In this document: positions 1-11,507 of the stretch, in pieces
Numbering within the stretch: the first letter of the stretch is position 1
Layout of the letters: every line of letters begins with the position of its first letter
Assembly: GCA_013265495.1 (NCBI GenBank)
Contig: MU057632.1
Span: 418,054 to 482,053 of the forward strand
DNA length: 64,000 bases
Direction of reading: 5' to 3'
Source: Vicugna vicugna
Lineage: Eukaryota
Made by a program: the position numbers and the translations under genes
Notes under the pieces: model-generated
What the model was told of the DNA's origin: nothing
Seen by the model: only the letters and a program-made list of their open reading frames with translations
Databases searched by the model: none

Positions 1-848
1 TATCTCTTTATGGTCCCTCTTAATGAGGAGATTATCTTAATGCATCTCCTAAGGGCTTTAGGCAACTCTGACTGCTGTCCAGCGACGGTTCTGTGCTGGA
101 ACGCTGGGCTCATCTGAAGTGAGAAGCATCACTGTTGCCTTTGACTTTCTTTTGACTTTAAAATGTTTTGTCCAATAGAAGGTTCTGGAAGCCAAAGATA
201 TCCTTTCTCCACTTACTAAACCTCTAATTTCTAGACATTCTCTCTCACGACTATTCATGTCAAAATTCCTGACCATTTTGTGTGATGTTACTAACCCCTT
301 TTTCCTAACATATTTTCATTCTTTTGGTTGCACCTGTTATGTCAACAGGGCTCAGTTCTGACACATCTCTTTCTTACAGATGTATAATTTACTATTTTTT
401 TATGATGGTAAACTAATGGAAATATTAAAATCTAAACAAATAGGCAGCACAAAGTGCACACTCTAAGTAAATGAATACATTCACAGGTGATTAGGGGCGC
501 TGAATACATAGACTATAGTTGCCCTAAATCACACTCCTATTCCTTTGCTGGTCTACAGACCTCTTCTCACATGTGTCCTATCTGCTGGCTGGTGATGTCA
601 AAGGCTTCTTGCTACATCCTGCCTCTCAGCTCCGGCTTCCGGTCTCTGCTCTGTCTTGATGTCTGGTCTGACCTAAGCTTTTTGTGGTTCGGGAACTGTT
701 GACTGTAACACAGAGAAAATTTACACCTGTTCTCTTGGACCCTGCCCATGGGTTATCTACAGCTTTGGTAAAGTCTGCCTTCTAACACAAATTAATAAAA
801 CCTTCTAATAAAAATGTCTTAAGATCCTGAAAAATAATAGAAGATAAA

Positions 849-864
849 GACACACACACACACA
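849..864. repeat. (CA)n microsatellite
   Basis: cacacacacacacaca run. Confidence 0.85.
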
Positions 865-2936
865 TGCATATACAAATAATAATCGTTCTAAAACAGCATA
901 GCTTTAAAGTATATGAATAACAAAACAGAAAGCTGTTTTATGATGGGAGAAAAGAGAGCGGGGGAGATGTGTGTGAATTGTGTGGGATTCCACGTTCTTT
1001 AAGATTGTAAAAGCTCAGTTCTGAGGCCTTTATCTCACAGCCGGTCTCCCGGGGCTGAGCAAAGGGAATCGTTTTTTTCATTTTCTTCCTGCAACATTGC
1101 TGTCCTGCAATGATCTCCCTTCGTTCCCCGGTTCCCCACCCTGGGCTGCACTGACATCTCTGTGCATTCTGAATTCCACGCATGTCTCTTGCAGCTCTTA
1201 CAATCCTGGCTCTTACTGTGCTGAGTTTACTGCATCCTCTTACTGGACTGGAAGCCACTTGAGAGTGGAGACTAGGGATTGCAGTTGATGAAGTACATGG
1301 TCTGTGCCTGGCAAGTAAATATTTCTTGAGTGACTCTGGATCAAATGTTTGCTAACCTTCCCAAATTCCAAAAAGGGCTGATCGATGTGGCTTATAACTT
1401 CATAATTAACTTTTGTTAATTTTCTCCTGTTCTTAGAAATGGATTTAAATCAAGTGTTCATTTCCTAATTACATTATTTTTCTCACAGTGGAAAATTATA
1501 CAAAGGAAAACAATAAAGGTACATACACAAAAGATGTACATATCTTTCTTAAAATATGCCTTCAATGCACATTAATTAGGCAATGTTATGTGAATTTTTC
1601 CTAGGGTGCCCTCCTTGGCAAACTATGTTTCATCTCTCACTATTGCGATGATTTAATCTGATTCACATTTTTAAAAGGGCTAATGTGTGAGTGTGCTGCA
1701 TGAAAAATTCAATTTGAATGCTCTAGTTCAGCCCAACAGTTTCCTTTTATAGTATTTCATATATAATTAAATTTCTTCACAACATTTCATCCCGGCATAA
1801 GTAAAGATGAAATTATTTCATGGACATTAATAATATTCTTCATATTTGAATTTCTAATATTACATGCCATACGTCTAGAAGGCAGCTTATAATAATAGGC
1901 AGAAGCTGGCCTAATTCTGATATAATAATATATTAAGTATTCTCAGAGAATCCTGAATTTTTTTGTGTAAGCTGTCCAGATTCAAAGGAATTAAAAATAA
2001 CTAATGATTTTTAATGGGTCTAATTTACTTTTATCAAATATGTGTATTTAAATTATTTGAGCACATGTGAACAGGGAACACTAGATATGTTCTAGAGATC
2101 AGTTGGCTATTAATCTTATATATAACATTTATAGGGATTAAAGTAAGTACAGTATAATAAGTGGGAATTTAAGCAGATCACAAGGTTAATCTCATCACAT
2201 GCCACTACCTCCAAACGCCTCTCAACCTCAAACCATGGAATTTATAGCACTTTCACATTTACTGCTTTGGGGGGCATGGTTCTAATGCTTATATAGAAAT
2301 AGACCCTTTGGGGTCATGATAAATAATCTCTAAAACAAAAACACCACAAAGAACTAATAAGTGACACATATCCTCCTGAATAATTAACAATAAAGATAAT
2401 GGAAAACATTTCAGGGCAATATAGGCTCCAATCTAAAATACTTGTCAAATGGATTTCCAAAAGGCTTTGCAGCATTTCAAATCCAGAATTAGTTAACACT
2501 TGTGTTTAAGAGGTGAAGAGGGGAGATTCAACAGAGGAGGAAGGGAAATGTAGGAACCACAAGTGAGTGCTGCTCCCCTCTATCAATGAACAAAAGCCAG
2601 AAGATGTACAAATCTTCAACTTTCTTTGAGCCCACCAGAGAGCTGAGTGAGGGGCAAGGAAGTCACATAAACTGAATTCCAAAGAGTGAGAAGCTCGCTG
2701 AAGGGGAGTGCACAGGTGTTTCATCTTTGATGAAGCATGAGAGAAAGAGGGGATTTCCTTCCAGAAGGGTAAGAAGAAATTAGCTAAGGCTCTGATGAAT
2801 TTGTACAGGACAAGTGACAAGTGCGGACTGATCTGTCAGTGGAAAATAGCTCGGGACCCTTCACAGGGGAGTCCACATCTGCTCTTAAACTTGTCCACCG
2901 GCCTCCACCAGGTGCTCATGGGAAGGTCAGGAGCAT

Positions 2937-3143
2937 GAGTTTGGGATTAGCATATACACACTACTATACATCAAATAGACAAACAATAAAGTCCTACTTT
3001 TATAGCACAGGGAACTATATTTAATACCTTGTAATAAGCTATAATGAAAAAAAGTATATACATATATATGTATAACTGAATCATTATGCTGTACAGCTGA
3101 AACATAGCATTGTAAATCAACAAAATTTCAACTAAAAAAAAAA
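2937..3143 (+). mobile_element. L1 3' UTR fragment (artiodactyl/camelid type), 5'-truncated
   Basis: Motifs gagtttgggattagc, tatagcacagggaactatat, tataactgaatca, cattgtaaatcaa and an A tail, shared with many copies in the window. Confidence 0.85.
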
Positions 3144-3833
3144 TCTATCTCCCAAGTCAAGCATAAGCTCCATCAGAAAAAGGACACTGTCTTTCTTGGT
3201 GACTACTGTTCACCCAACAGCTGATTCTGTGTCTCGGTCAGGATATGTCATCAACAAACCTGTGACTTTTCACTACGGAATTGCTGGTTACGCTGCAGAA
3301 GAGTTTCACCCCAATATGCAGCAAACACCAAAGCCCAAAACCCAAACAAAAAGCAGAAGATGTACCTTTGAAATCCAACACTGTCATTTACTTGCTAATG
3401 ATCTGGGGACATTCATATAAACATCCTGATCATAAATTAACCCTTAATATGAATCTAGTAACAATGAATAGAAGGATGTAATATGTGTGCTTAGGACACA
3501 GTAGGTGGTCAAAGAAAGTGTGGAATCAACCAATTGCTTTTGAACCAAATCATAGTGATGCCTCTCTCAATCTTAATTACATTACATTTTAAGAATGTCT
3601 TTTCATAAAACAAGCTAAAGACAAAAAATACACATTTTTGAATCAAGGGTAAATTTATTCAGGTGAACTATAAAAACTGATGATAACGGACTGTTACTGA
3701 CTTTCAAAAATGGCCATTCCAAGAGTTTCAAACTATTTCATGATTTTGTCTTCTAAATTTGTATATTTTCTTCTTTACATTTCTGCTTGTTACAGCCAAT
3801 GCGAATATGGTTTTTGATGTGAGAGTAACTCAC

Positions 3834-4070
3834 AGACGAGGGGTGGGAAGGGACAAACTGGGATTTCAAAATGTAGAATAGATAAACAAGATTGTACTGT
3901 GTAGCACAGGAGAATATATACAGGATCTTGTGGTAGCTCACAGAGAAAGAGAATGTGACAATGAATGTATGTATGTTCATGTATAACTGAAAAATTGTGC
4001 TCTACACTGGAATTTGACACAACATTGTAAAATGACTATAACTCAATAAAAAAAAGTTAAGAAAAAATAA
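3834..4070 (+). mobile_element. L1 3' end, younger-looking subfamily (same as 9224-9858)
   Basis: Very similar to 9620-9850. AATAAA plus A tail. Flanking direct repeat taactcac at 3826-3833 and 4071-4078. Confidence 0.9.
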
Positions 4071-4141
4071 TAACTCACCAAGCATACTTTCATGGTCCCT
4101 CATTACTCACAAGAATAGTCTTAACCATCCAATCTGAAGTC

Positions 4142-4167
4142 AGGGTTAGGGTTAGGGTTAGGGTTAG
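4142..4167 (+). repeat. Short interstitial telomeric repeat AGGG(TTAGGG)3TTAG
   Basis: Perfect vertebrate telomere hexamers. Confidence 0.9.
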
Positions 4168-4252
4168 TCTTAACTCCATAGAGTGTTACTCAAATCTAGC
4201 TTCACTTGGAAGCCTGTTATAAATGAAAATCTTGAACTCCCCCTGAGGAACA

Positions 4253-4338
4253 GGAGTTTTGGATTAGCATATATACACTACTGTATATAAAACATGAACA
4301 ACAAGGTCCTACTGTATAGCACAGGGAACTATATTCAA
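4253..4338 (+). mobile_element. L1 3' UTR fragment lacking the terminal part and tail
   Basis: ggagttttggattagcatatatacactac...tatagcacagggaactatattcaa. Confidence 0.8.
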
Positions 4339-5014
4339 CCTACATTTTCACCCATATTTCCTAGTCCCTTTTCTCACTCTGAGCCCAAATCATACCAGAT
4401 GATTCATTATGTAAAACACACCCTGTACTTCTGTGAGTCTGTGCCTTGGCTCCCACTATACCTGCTCCTTGGAATTATCTTCCAATATTTCTATCAAAAG
4501 CATTATCTATCCCGTGAGATCCAATTCAAATGTGATTTTTTACGCCCTCTATCCCTTTCCCTCCCCAACCACTGCTTTGGATAATCCTACTTGTATTAAA
4601 ACTAATTTTTGACAGTTATTTTTTTTGTAACTGAGCCAAATTGTAGTCTCCCTAATGGCAGGAACAATATGTCAGCCATCTTCTTACATCCTGCGGCTAG
4701 TGCGATCCAAGGGAACATCTATAATAATATCTTTGGTCAACTGTCACACTCTGATGGTGTCCATTTTTGAGTGACACAGATTAATGAAAGTAAATAAATA
4801 TGTGTGGAAGGGATGGAAGGGAAGGATTGAGCAATACGAGGTCTTTTTAAAGATATTATAAATCAGGTAAATGATTCTCTTCAGGCAACTCAACACTCTT
4901 GGCATCATTGTAGCTTTGCTCACAAGATACAAAATCAGTTAAGTATGACCAAAGGATCAGGCTTTTTAAAATTATTTATCTGTTTAATTTAAAGTATTTT
5001 AACTTCAAATTGAG

Positions 5015-5181
5015 GTTTTTTTTTTTTGCTTTTTTTGTTTTTGTTTGGGGAGGAGGTAAATAGGTTTATCTATTTATTTTTAAATTATTATGATTATTAT
5101 TTTTAGTGGAGGTACTGGGGATTGAACCCGGGACCTCATGCATGTTAAGCAGGCACTCTAACACTGAGTTATACCCTCCCC
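5015..5181 (-). mobile_element. tRNA-Ala-derived SINE (camelid vic-1-like)
   Basis: Reverse complement gives GGGGAGGGTATAACTCAGTGTTAGAGTGCCTGCTTAACATGCATGAGGTCCCGGGTTCAATCCCCAGTACCTCCA with A/B boxes, then an A-rich body and tail. Near-TSD tcaaatt[g/c]ag. Confidence 0.9.
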
Positions 5182-7350
5182 TCAAATTCAGTGATTTTAA
5201 TGTATCAAACAGAACCATACTTGATCACAGGGTGGCTTTACATTCTGAAATATCAGTGTCGTGGCTTTCTTCATCAAATGGATTTAAAAACCACTGTACT
5301 ATGGCTACATGAAAAAAACACTTCAACTTAAAAAAAAATACCTCATTACTTTTTTACAGCTCTGCCTATGACCAAAATTCATCATCTTCCAGCTTTATTG
5401 TTCATAAAATTAATTAATCCCACAGTACATTGATAATTCAATGAGGGTTATCTGACCTGAGCAAACTTAAGTGCTGTATTTTCAAACCTAGTGTGGCAAA
5501 CTGGAATATTTTCTCTTGCAAAAACTAAATCTCAAAATGCTATTTCAATTGGTTTCAAGTAAATTTTTATTACTAAGTAATTAATATAGAATCATCAAAT
5601 TTCATGAAGTGTTTATTTCCAGGACATTCTTTCACTCTGGATATAGGTAGTGTATTTGAACTCACAAAACAGTCTTTTAAGAAATGCACTTGGGAGTTTC
5701 TTCCCAATGTTTGTGAATGGCTCACATCGAGGCCAGGTTATTTTCTTCTTTGTTGCTTAAGTTTCCCCATTTAGAAGAAGGAGGTAGAATTTGCTGTGCG
5801 TTAATTCTGAATAGTATTTTGATAGCAAGATCTACATACGCAGGTTTTATGGAATTCAAATTCCAAGTTACCTGCATTTCAATTTTAAAAATCATAAACA
5901 ATGAAGTAATTAATGGATTTTTTAAAAATTTTGGTTTTTTGAATAGTGTTGTCATGGTAACTATAATTAGACCATAAGTAGTGAGGACTTCCTGGACGGG
6001 CTACATTAATTTATATGTTTGCTTTTAATTAGATGATACTTTCTGAAGAAACAAATAAAAAAAAATTCTATGAAGAGAAAAACCCAATGCCTCCATGGTG
6101 TGTCAAAACAACCTGCAGTTGATTACATAAATGGAAATGAAAATATTAAAAAAAATATTGTCAGTGACTGTGCAGGGCATGATTATTCCTTTCGTGGGCT
6201 TTTTGTACCTTGTATTTTTCCATCCACCTACCTATGTTTGGACCACATCCCTGCCCATTTTCTGCGGAATGGAAAGCAGGGATGGTAGGAGAAAGAAAAC
6301 GTAATTAACTTCAAATCCGTCTTTCTGGCTGCTTGGGAGCAGTAGTTCCGTGTGAGTTTTCACAGCAGGTCCTGAAGTTGGTGGAATATTAATGGTTTTA
6401 ATTTGTCAACATAATTCTATGACCACGGGAAGCTGAGGATTAAGTGACTGACCAAGGGCATCCAAAGCATATTTCCGAATGAGAATAATTCCTAACCTCG
6501 ACCAAGAAATAAGCAGAAAGTGAAAACACCTCACAATCAGGTGGCTTGAAACCACAAACAAAAATCGCTCCCTCAAATTGGCTGGCTAAGTTAAGTTCCT
6601 CTTCTATTTGAACTTTTAACAGAAACTCATTGAGAGATCAGAGCAAGGACTTGCTTTGAAATGAAAATACTCTGGAGTGTGGAGAATTCCTCTTGTAGCA
6701 TATTCAGAAGTCTCTGAATTGTGAGGCCCTGTCATGGTGATGAGCAAGGAGAAGTAAGAGGAAGAAGCAAATAAATATGTAATTTAGAATTTGAGTGAGA
6801 TCCAAGCGTTCACTCCCTTTCTTGAAGAGCGTTGAGTCATGGGTGAACCACAGGTGGTTCAGGGAGTGGGGAAACCATGACACATCTGTTTCTCATAAAA
6901 CCAGACTGTGCCGTCTGAGAGCCTTTCCTTTTTCTGAATGAAACACATTCATGTGTGAACATGTCAGAGCCAGTGCAGGAAAAACATTAATTTTCCCTCA
7001 CCCCCTGAGCACTTAGGATTTGCCTAAATGCAATACTCGGGCTCTCTTGTTCCCTCTGAACACTCACCACTTGCTCACCAAGCTCCCCTACAAGTCTGCC
7101 GTGCTGACAGGGACTGCTTTTTCTTAGACACCGTGCTTTCCACTATGAAAATCTGTTTATAAGCTCTCCAAGAACATTTACCTGATTTAATGAGATTTTC
7201 ACCCAAAGTAATTATCAAATGCATTTTTATTATTATGGGCTTCGTATCTCTTGATGAAGGTCTAAACAATAGTTAGAAACTCATATAATAAAAGAGCAAG
7301 ATGTAGGAATCTAGTCATTTCTCAGTTATATTGGCTGAACTTAAAGTCAT

Positions 7351-7470
7351 CAGCACTTCTTAAAATTTCATGTGCATTCAGTCGTTTGAGGATCTTGTTA
7401 AAATCGCAGATTCTCATTCAGTAGGTCTGGGCTGGGGTTCAATATTCTCATTTATAGGCTGCCAAGTGAA
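7351..7470. mobile_element. MER5-like hAT-Charlie fossil
   Basis: gatcttgttaaaatcgcagattctcattcagtaggtctgggctgggg core typical of MER5A/B. Confidence 0.7.
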
Positions 7471-7773
7471 CTACAGATAGGTAGGTATCCCTATCCCTGA
7501 ACTAGGGACAGGTAAATACTAGAATTACAAAATAATACAATCCTTCAGGGACCTCAGAATCCATACCCTTGGCTCCTTCTAAGTAAGATTACACTATAGT
7601 ATATCTTTTGTTACTATAATTAAAAGGGTTTGCAGTTCAGCTAGACAGAAATCTAGTCAAGTCATCTCATTACTTTGGGCAAGTGCTACAATAGTACATA
7701 TAGTATGTGGTATTTATTACTTCAACACAGTACTATAGTGCAATATACAAGGATGCTGTTGGGCCTCAATGTA

Positions 7774-8629
7774 TAGTGGTCCCCCTTTATTCTCAGGGGA
7801 TACATTCCAAGACCCACAGTGGATGACTGAAACTGTGGATAGTACTGAACTCTATATAAGCTGTATTTTTTTCTTAAAAATACATACCTATGATAAAGTT
7901 TTTTTATTTTTTGTGGACATTTAAATTTTTTAATTTTTTCAATTGAAGTATAATCTGTTTACAATTTTGTGTCCATTCCAGTGTACAGCTTAATGTTCCA
8001 GTTATACATGTACATACATATATTCCTTTCCATGTTCTTTCTCATTATAAGTTACTACAAGATACTGAATAAAGTTCCCTGTGCTGTACAGTAGGACCTT
8101 GTTATTTATTTTATATATCATACCTATGATAAAGTTTAACTTATAAATTAGGCACAGTGAGGATTAACAATAACTAACAACAAAACAGAACAATTATAAT
8201 ATGCTGTAATAAAATTATGTGAATGTGGTCTCTTTTTCAAAATATCTTACTGTACTGCACTCAGACTTCAGCCTTCTTGTGATGTGAGATGATAAAATGC
8301 CGACGTGATGAGATGAGTCAGTGGATGGCGTGGGCGCTGGGATACTGTGTTAGTCTAATAATATTGACCTTCTGACAACATATCAGAAGGAGGATTATCT
8401 GCTTTGGTGATTCTTGGATCACGGAGCCAGGACGATGCCAATGGTTAGGGATGCCGGGCAGAATGGCATAAGATTTCATCATGCTACTCAGAATGAGTGT
8501 ACAATTTAAAACTTATGCATTACTTATTTCTGGAATTCTCCAATTAATATTTTTGCAACTTCAGTTGACCTCAGGGAACTGAAACTTCAGAAAGGGGAAC
8601 TGTGGATAAGGGAGGTGAGGGGAATACTG
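7774..8629. mobile_element. MER44/Tigger7-like TcMar-Tigger element, interrupted by an L1
   Basis: TA-flanked termini tagtggtccccctttattc and ggataagggag...aatactg resembling the CAGTAGTCCCCCCTTATCC TIR. Internal catgctactcagaatg...aatttaaaacttatg motif. Confidence 0.8.
7902..8118 (-). mobile_element. L1 3' end inserted in the Tigger element
   Basis: Perfect 19-bp TSD catacctatgataaagttt at 7883-7901 and 8119-8137, followed by AA (L1 endonuclease-type site). T-rich tail on the left. Confidence 0.92.
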
Positions 8630-8683
8630 TATTACCTGGCACTGCTGGGTCCCCATTTATTATCCTAAATGGTCTGGTCTTTT

Positions 8684-8729
8684 CTCCTTTTCTCCTTTTC
8701 TCCCTTTCTTCCTTCCTTCCTTCCTTCCT
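8684..8729. repeat. (CCTT)n / pyrimidine simple repeat
   Basis: ttctccttt repeats, then ccttccttccttccttcc. Confidence 0.8.
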
Positions 8730-8739
8730 AGTTTTCTAA

Positions 8740-8866
8740 ATTGTTTTCTTCCTGAGGGGGGAGGTAATTAGTTTTGTTTGTTTGTTTTTATAGGAGGTAC
8801 TGGGGATTGAACCCAGAACCTCATGCCTGCTAAGCATGTGCTCTACTACTGAGGTATACCTAGCCC
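8740..8866 (-). mobile_element. tRNA-Ala-derived SINE (vic-1-like)
   Basis: ggaggtactggggattgaacccag...ctctactactgagg plus the gggggaggtaatta 3' module. Confidence 0.88.
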
Positions 8867-9223
8867 TCAATGATATTTTCTAACTTTTCTCCTTTTTCCT
8901 ATACTCAAAATTATATTAATGTTACTGTGAAAGAAAGGATGGTACTTCAAGGTTTTGCTTAGATTAAAAAAAATTTAGTTAAATGTATCCAATGTAGTTG
9001 AAAAGCAAGTGGCAAAAGCAATTCTAAGCATCTTCATTAAAAGCAGTGCAGCCTTACTGCCTCTTACCATTGCTTCACATTTAGCTCAGTGACAAGATCT
9101 ACCATCGTTATCTGTCAGCAGATCCCTGATTCCAGGTGGGGAATAATGACTCGCCCTCCACCATGGGCACGTCTACTTGGGTTCATATGAGCTTCCTCCC
9201 AGTGCTTTTAAAAGGAAGGTAAG

Positions 9224-9858
9224 CATATGACCCAGGAATCCCTCTCCTGAGCATATATCCAGAAGGAACCCTACTTCCAAAAGATATCTGCACCCCAATG
9301 TTCATAGCAGCACTATTTACAACAGCCAAGACATGGAAACAGCCTAAATGTCCATCGACATATGACTGAATAAAGAAGATGTGGTATATTTATACAATGG
9401 AATACTATTCAGCCATTAAAATGACAACATCACACTATTTGCAGCAACATGAATGTCCCTCGAGAATGTCATTCTAAGTGAAGTAAGCCAGAAAAGAGAA
9501 AGCAAAACACCATATGAGATCGCTTATATGTGGAATCTGAAAAAAGAAAAGAACATAAATACAAAACAGAAACAAGCTCATAGACATAGAATACAAACCT
9601 GTGGTTGCCAAGGGGGAGGGGCATGGGAAGGGACAGACTGGGATTTCAAAATCTGTAGATACTGACAGGCAAATGCAGAATAGATAAACATGATTATACT
9701 GTATAGCACAGGGAAATATATACAAGATCTTGTAGCTCACAGCAAAAAAGTGTGACAATGAATATATGTATGTTCAAGTATAACTGAAAAATTGTGCTCT
9801 CACTGGTAATTGACACAACATTGTAAAATGACTATAACTCAATAAAAAAATAAAAAAT
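9224..9858 (+). mobile_element. L1, 5'-truncated (ORF2 C-terminus + 3' UTR)
   Basis: Translates to ORF2-like CTPMFIAALFTTAKTWKQPKCP...MWYIYTMEYYSAIK. Perfect 14-bp TSD aaaaggaaggtaag at 9210-9223 and 9859-9872, at a TTTT/AAAA site. Confidence 0.95.
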
Positions 9859-10110
9859 AAAAGGAAGGTAAGGGCCTGACAAGTCCCACTGAGAAAACCC
9901 TGAGAAAGAGAAGAGCTGCCACCAAGGAGCCAGGCATCAGGGCAAGTGACAAGGAAGCAGAATTTCACATGAACTGGAAATCAGAAGCAAAGGGAATGAT
10001 CTGAATGAAATTAGCCTGTATCGTGTCTTTTGGGGCTGGGAGAGGGGGCTCTCCACAGGATCTTGCAAACAGTGTGCCAAAGAATTACAGAAAACTTTTA
10101 ATAATGCCAC

Positions 10111-10557
10111 TGCTGTGGGTTGAACGGACTCCCTCCAACAGACACACTGAAGTCCTAACCTGTGTGACCTGTCACTGTGATCTTATTTGGAAACGGAGTC
10201 TCTGCAGATGTAACAGAGTTAAGATGAGGTCACAGTGGGCTCTAAACCCAATGGCTGGTGTCCTCGTAAGAAGAGAAAAAATTAAAGACGGAGACATGGA
10301 GATACAGAGGGAAAGTAGTCATGTGACAACAGAGGGGGAGATAGGGGTGATGTGGCTACAAGCCAAGAAATGCTAAGGATTGTTAGGGACCACCTATCAA
10401 GGAAGGTTTCTTCTCCAGAGCCTTCAGAGGAAACATGACCTCCTAACACCTTGATCTCAGACTTCTGGCCTCCAGAGCTGTGAGAGAGTCAATTTCTGTT
10501 GTTCTAAGCCACCAAATTTGGGGTCATTTCTGATGACAACCCTAGAAAACAGATACA
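10111..10557 (+). mobile_element. MLT1 (MaLR) solo LTR, MLT1B/C-like
   Basis: TG...CA ends. Motifs gtgatcttatttggaaa, aagatgaggtca, gacttctggcctccagagctgtgaga. 5-bp near-TSD gccac/accac. Confidence 0.88.
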
Positions 10558-11352
10558 ACCACATTCTTCAAAAAGAGTTGAAAATTCACTATGACTAGCA
10601 TCAAGGCAACACTGAAGTCTTGTCTCAAACAGTTGCTTGAATTCCAAAGCAAAATGTGAACTCGTAAGAGAGCACAGCTCACATATTACCTTAAGTACAG
10701 GCTAAAATTTAGGCAAAAGAATGATTCCAGCATTGATTGCCGGCGTTACTGAATGACGATCCTGAACCTTTTGGGGTGGCTCCTAGAAACCACAAGGAGT
10801 GTGAAAGGGACTTACCCTCAATTGATACATTTATTCTTTTATTGATCTGATACGATAATGAACTGCTAAGTCTGGAGAGCACACTTCAAGCAATTAAATG
10901 TTTAGAGGTGACAAAAGAAGTGTGAAGGAGCCAATGGTTTCTTAATTGATCCTTTCAGTTTTAAGGAGCAACTGTGCACACAGATATGGGCATACTTTCC
11001 ACTATTTCTTTCACTGCTAGACTTTTAAATGGTAAAGCAATAAGGCAAAGTGCGAGAGAAATGGAGACACAGAACAGCTGAGTCATTAGATTAAAAGGTC
11101 CTGATAATTCAGCAAAAACATCATAAATCTGCTCCTTAAGAATAGCCCAGAAAGCAGAATTTCTGCATTGAATTTTTCTTCTCTGTATTTTAGTTCATCC
11201 TTTCCTCTCCATAAATCCACATCCCTCTCATTTTTCAATATCCAATTTTTCTTTTGTTACTACAGCAAAACCTGGCCTATCCTGATGGATGCAAAGACAA
11301 AAATTCATAGTCATCCAAATACTTTATTTTCACTTCAGTTAAGGCTTCTCCA

Positions 11353-11507
11353 CACAAGGAACTATATTCAATATCTTGTAATAACCTATAACGGAAAACA
11401 ATCTGAAAAAGCATATGTATGTATATGTATAACTGAATCACTGCTGTACACCAGAAACTACACATTATAAACAACGGTACCTCAATAAAGTTAAGCAAAA
11501 GAATTAA
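11353..11507 (+). mobile_element. Short L1 3' end
   Basis: L1 3' UTR motifs. TSD aag[g/a]cttctcca at 11341-11352 and 11508-11519, preceded by TT. Confidence 0.88.

Noticed and set aside
5106..5312. Recurring peptide EVLGIEPGT/RT in several ORFs, suggesting a gene family
   Set aside because: It is the antisense translation of the SINE B-box region.
10005..10376. 123-aa ORF
   Set aside because: Lies mostly within the MLT1 LTR.
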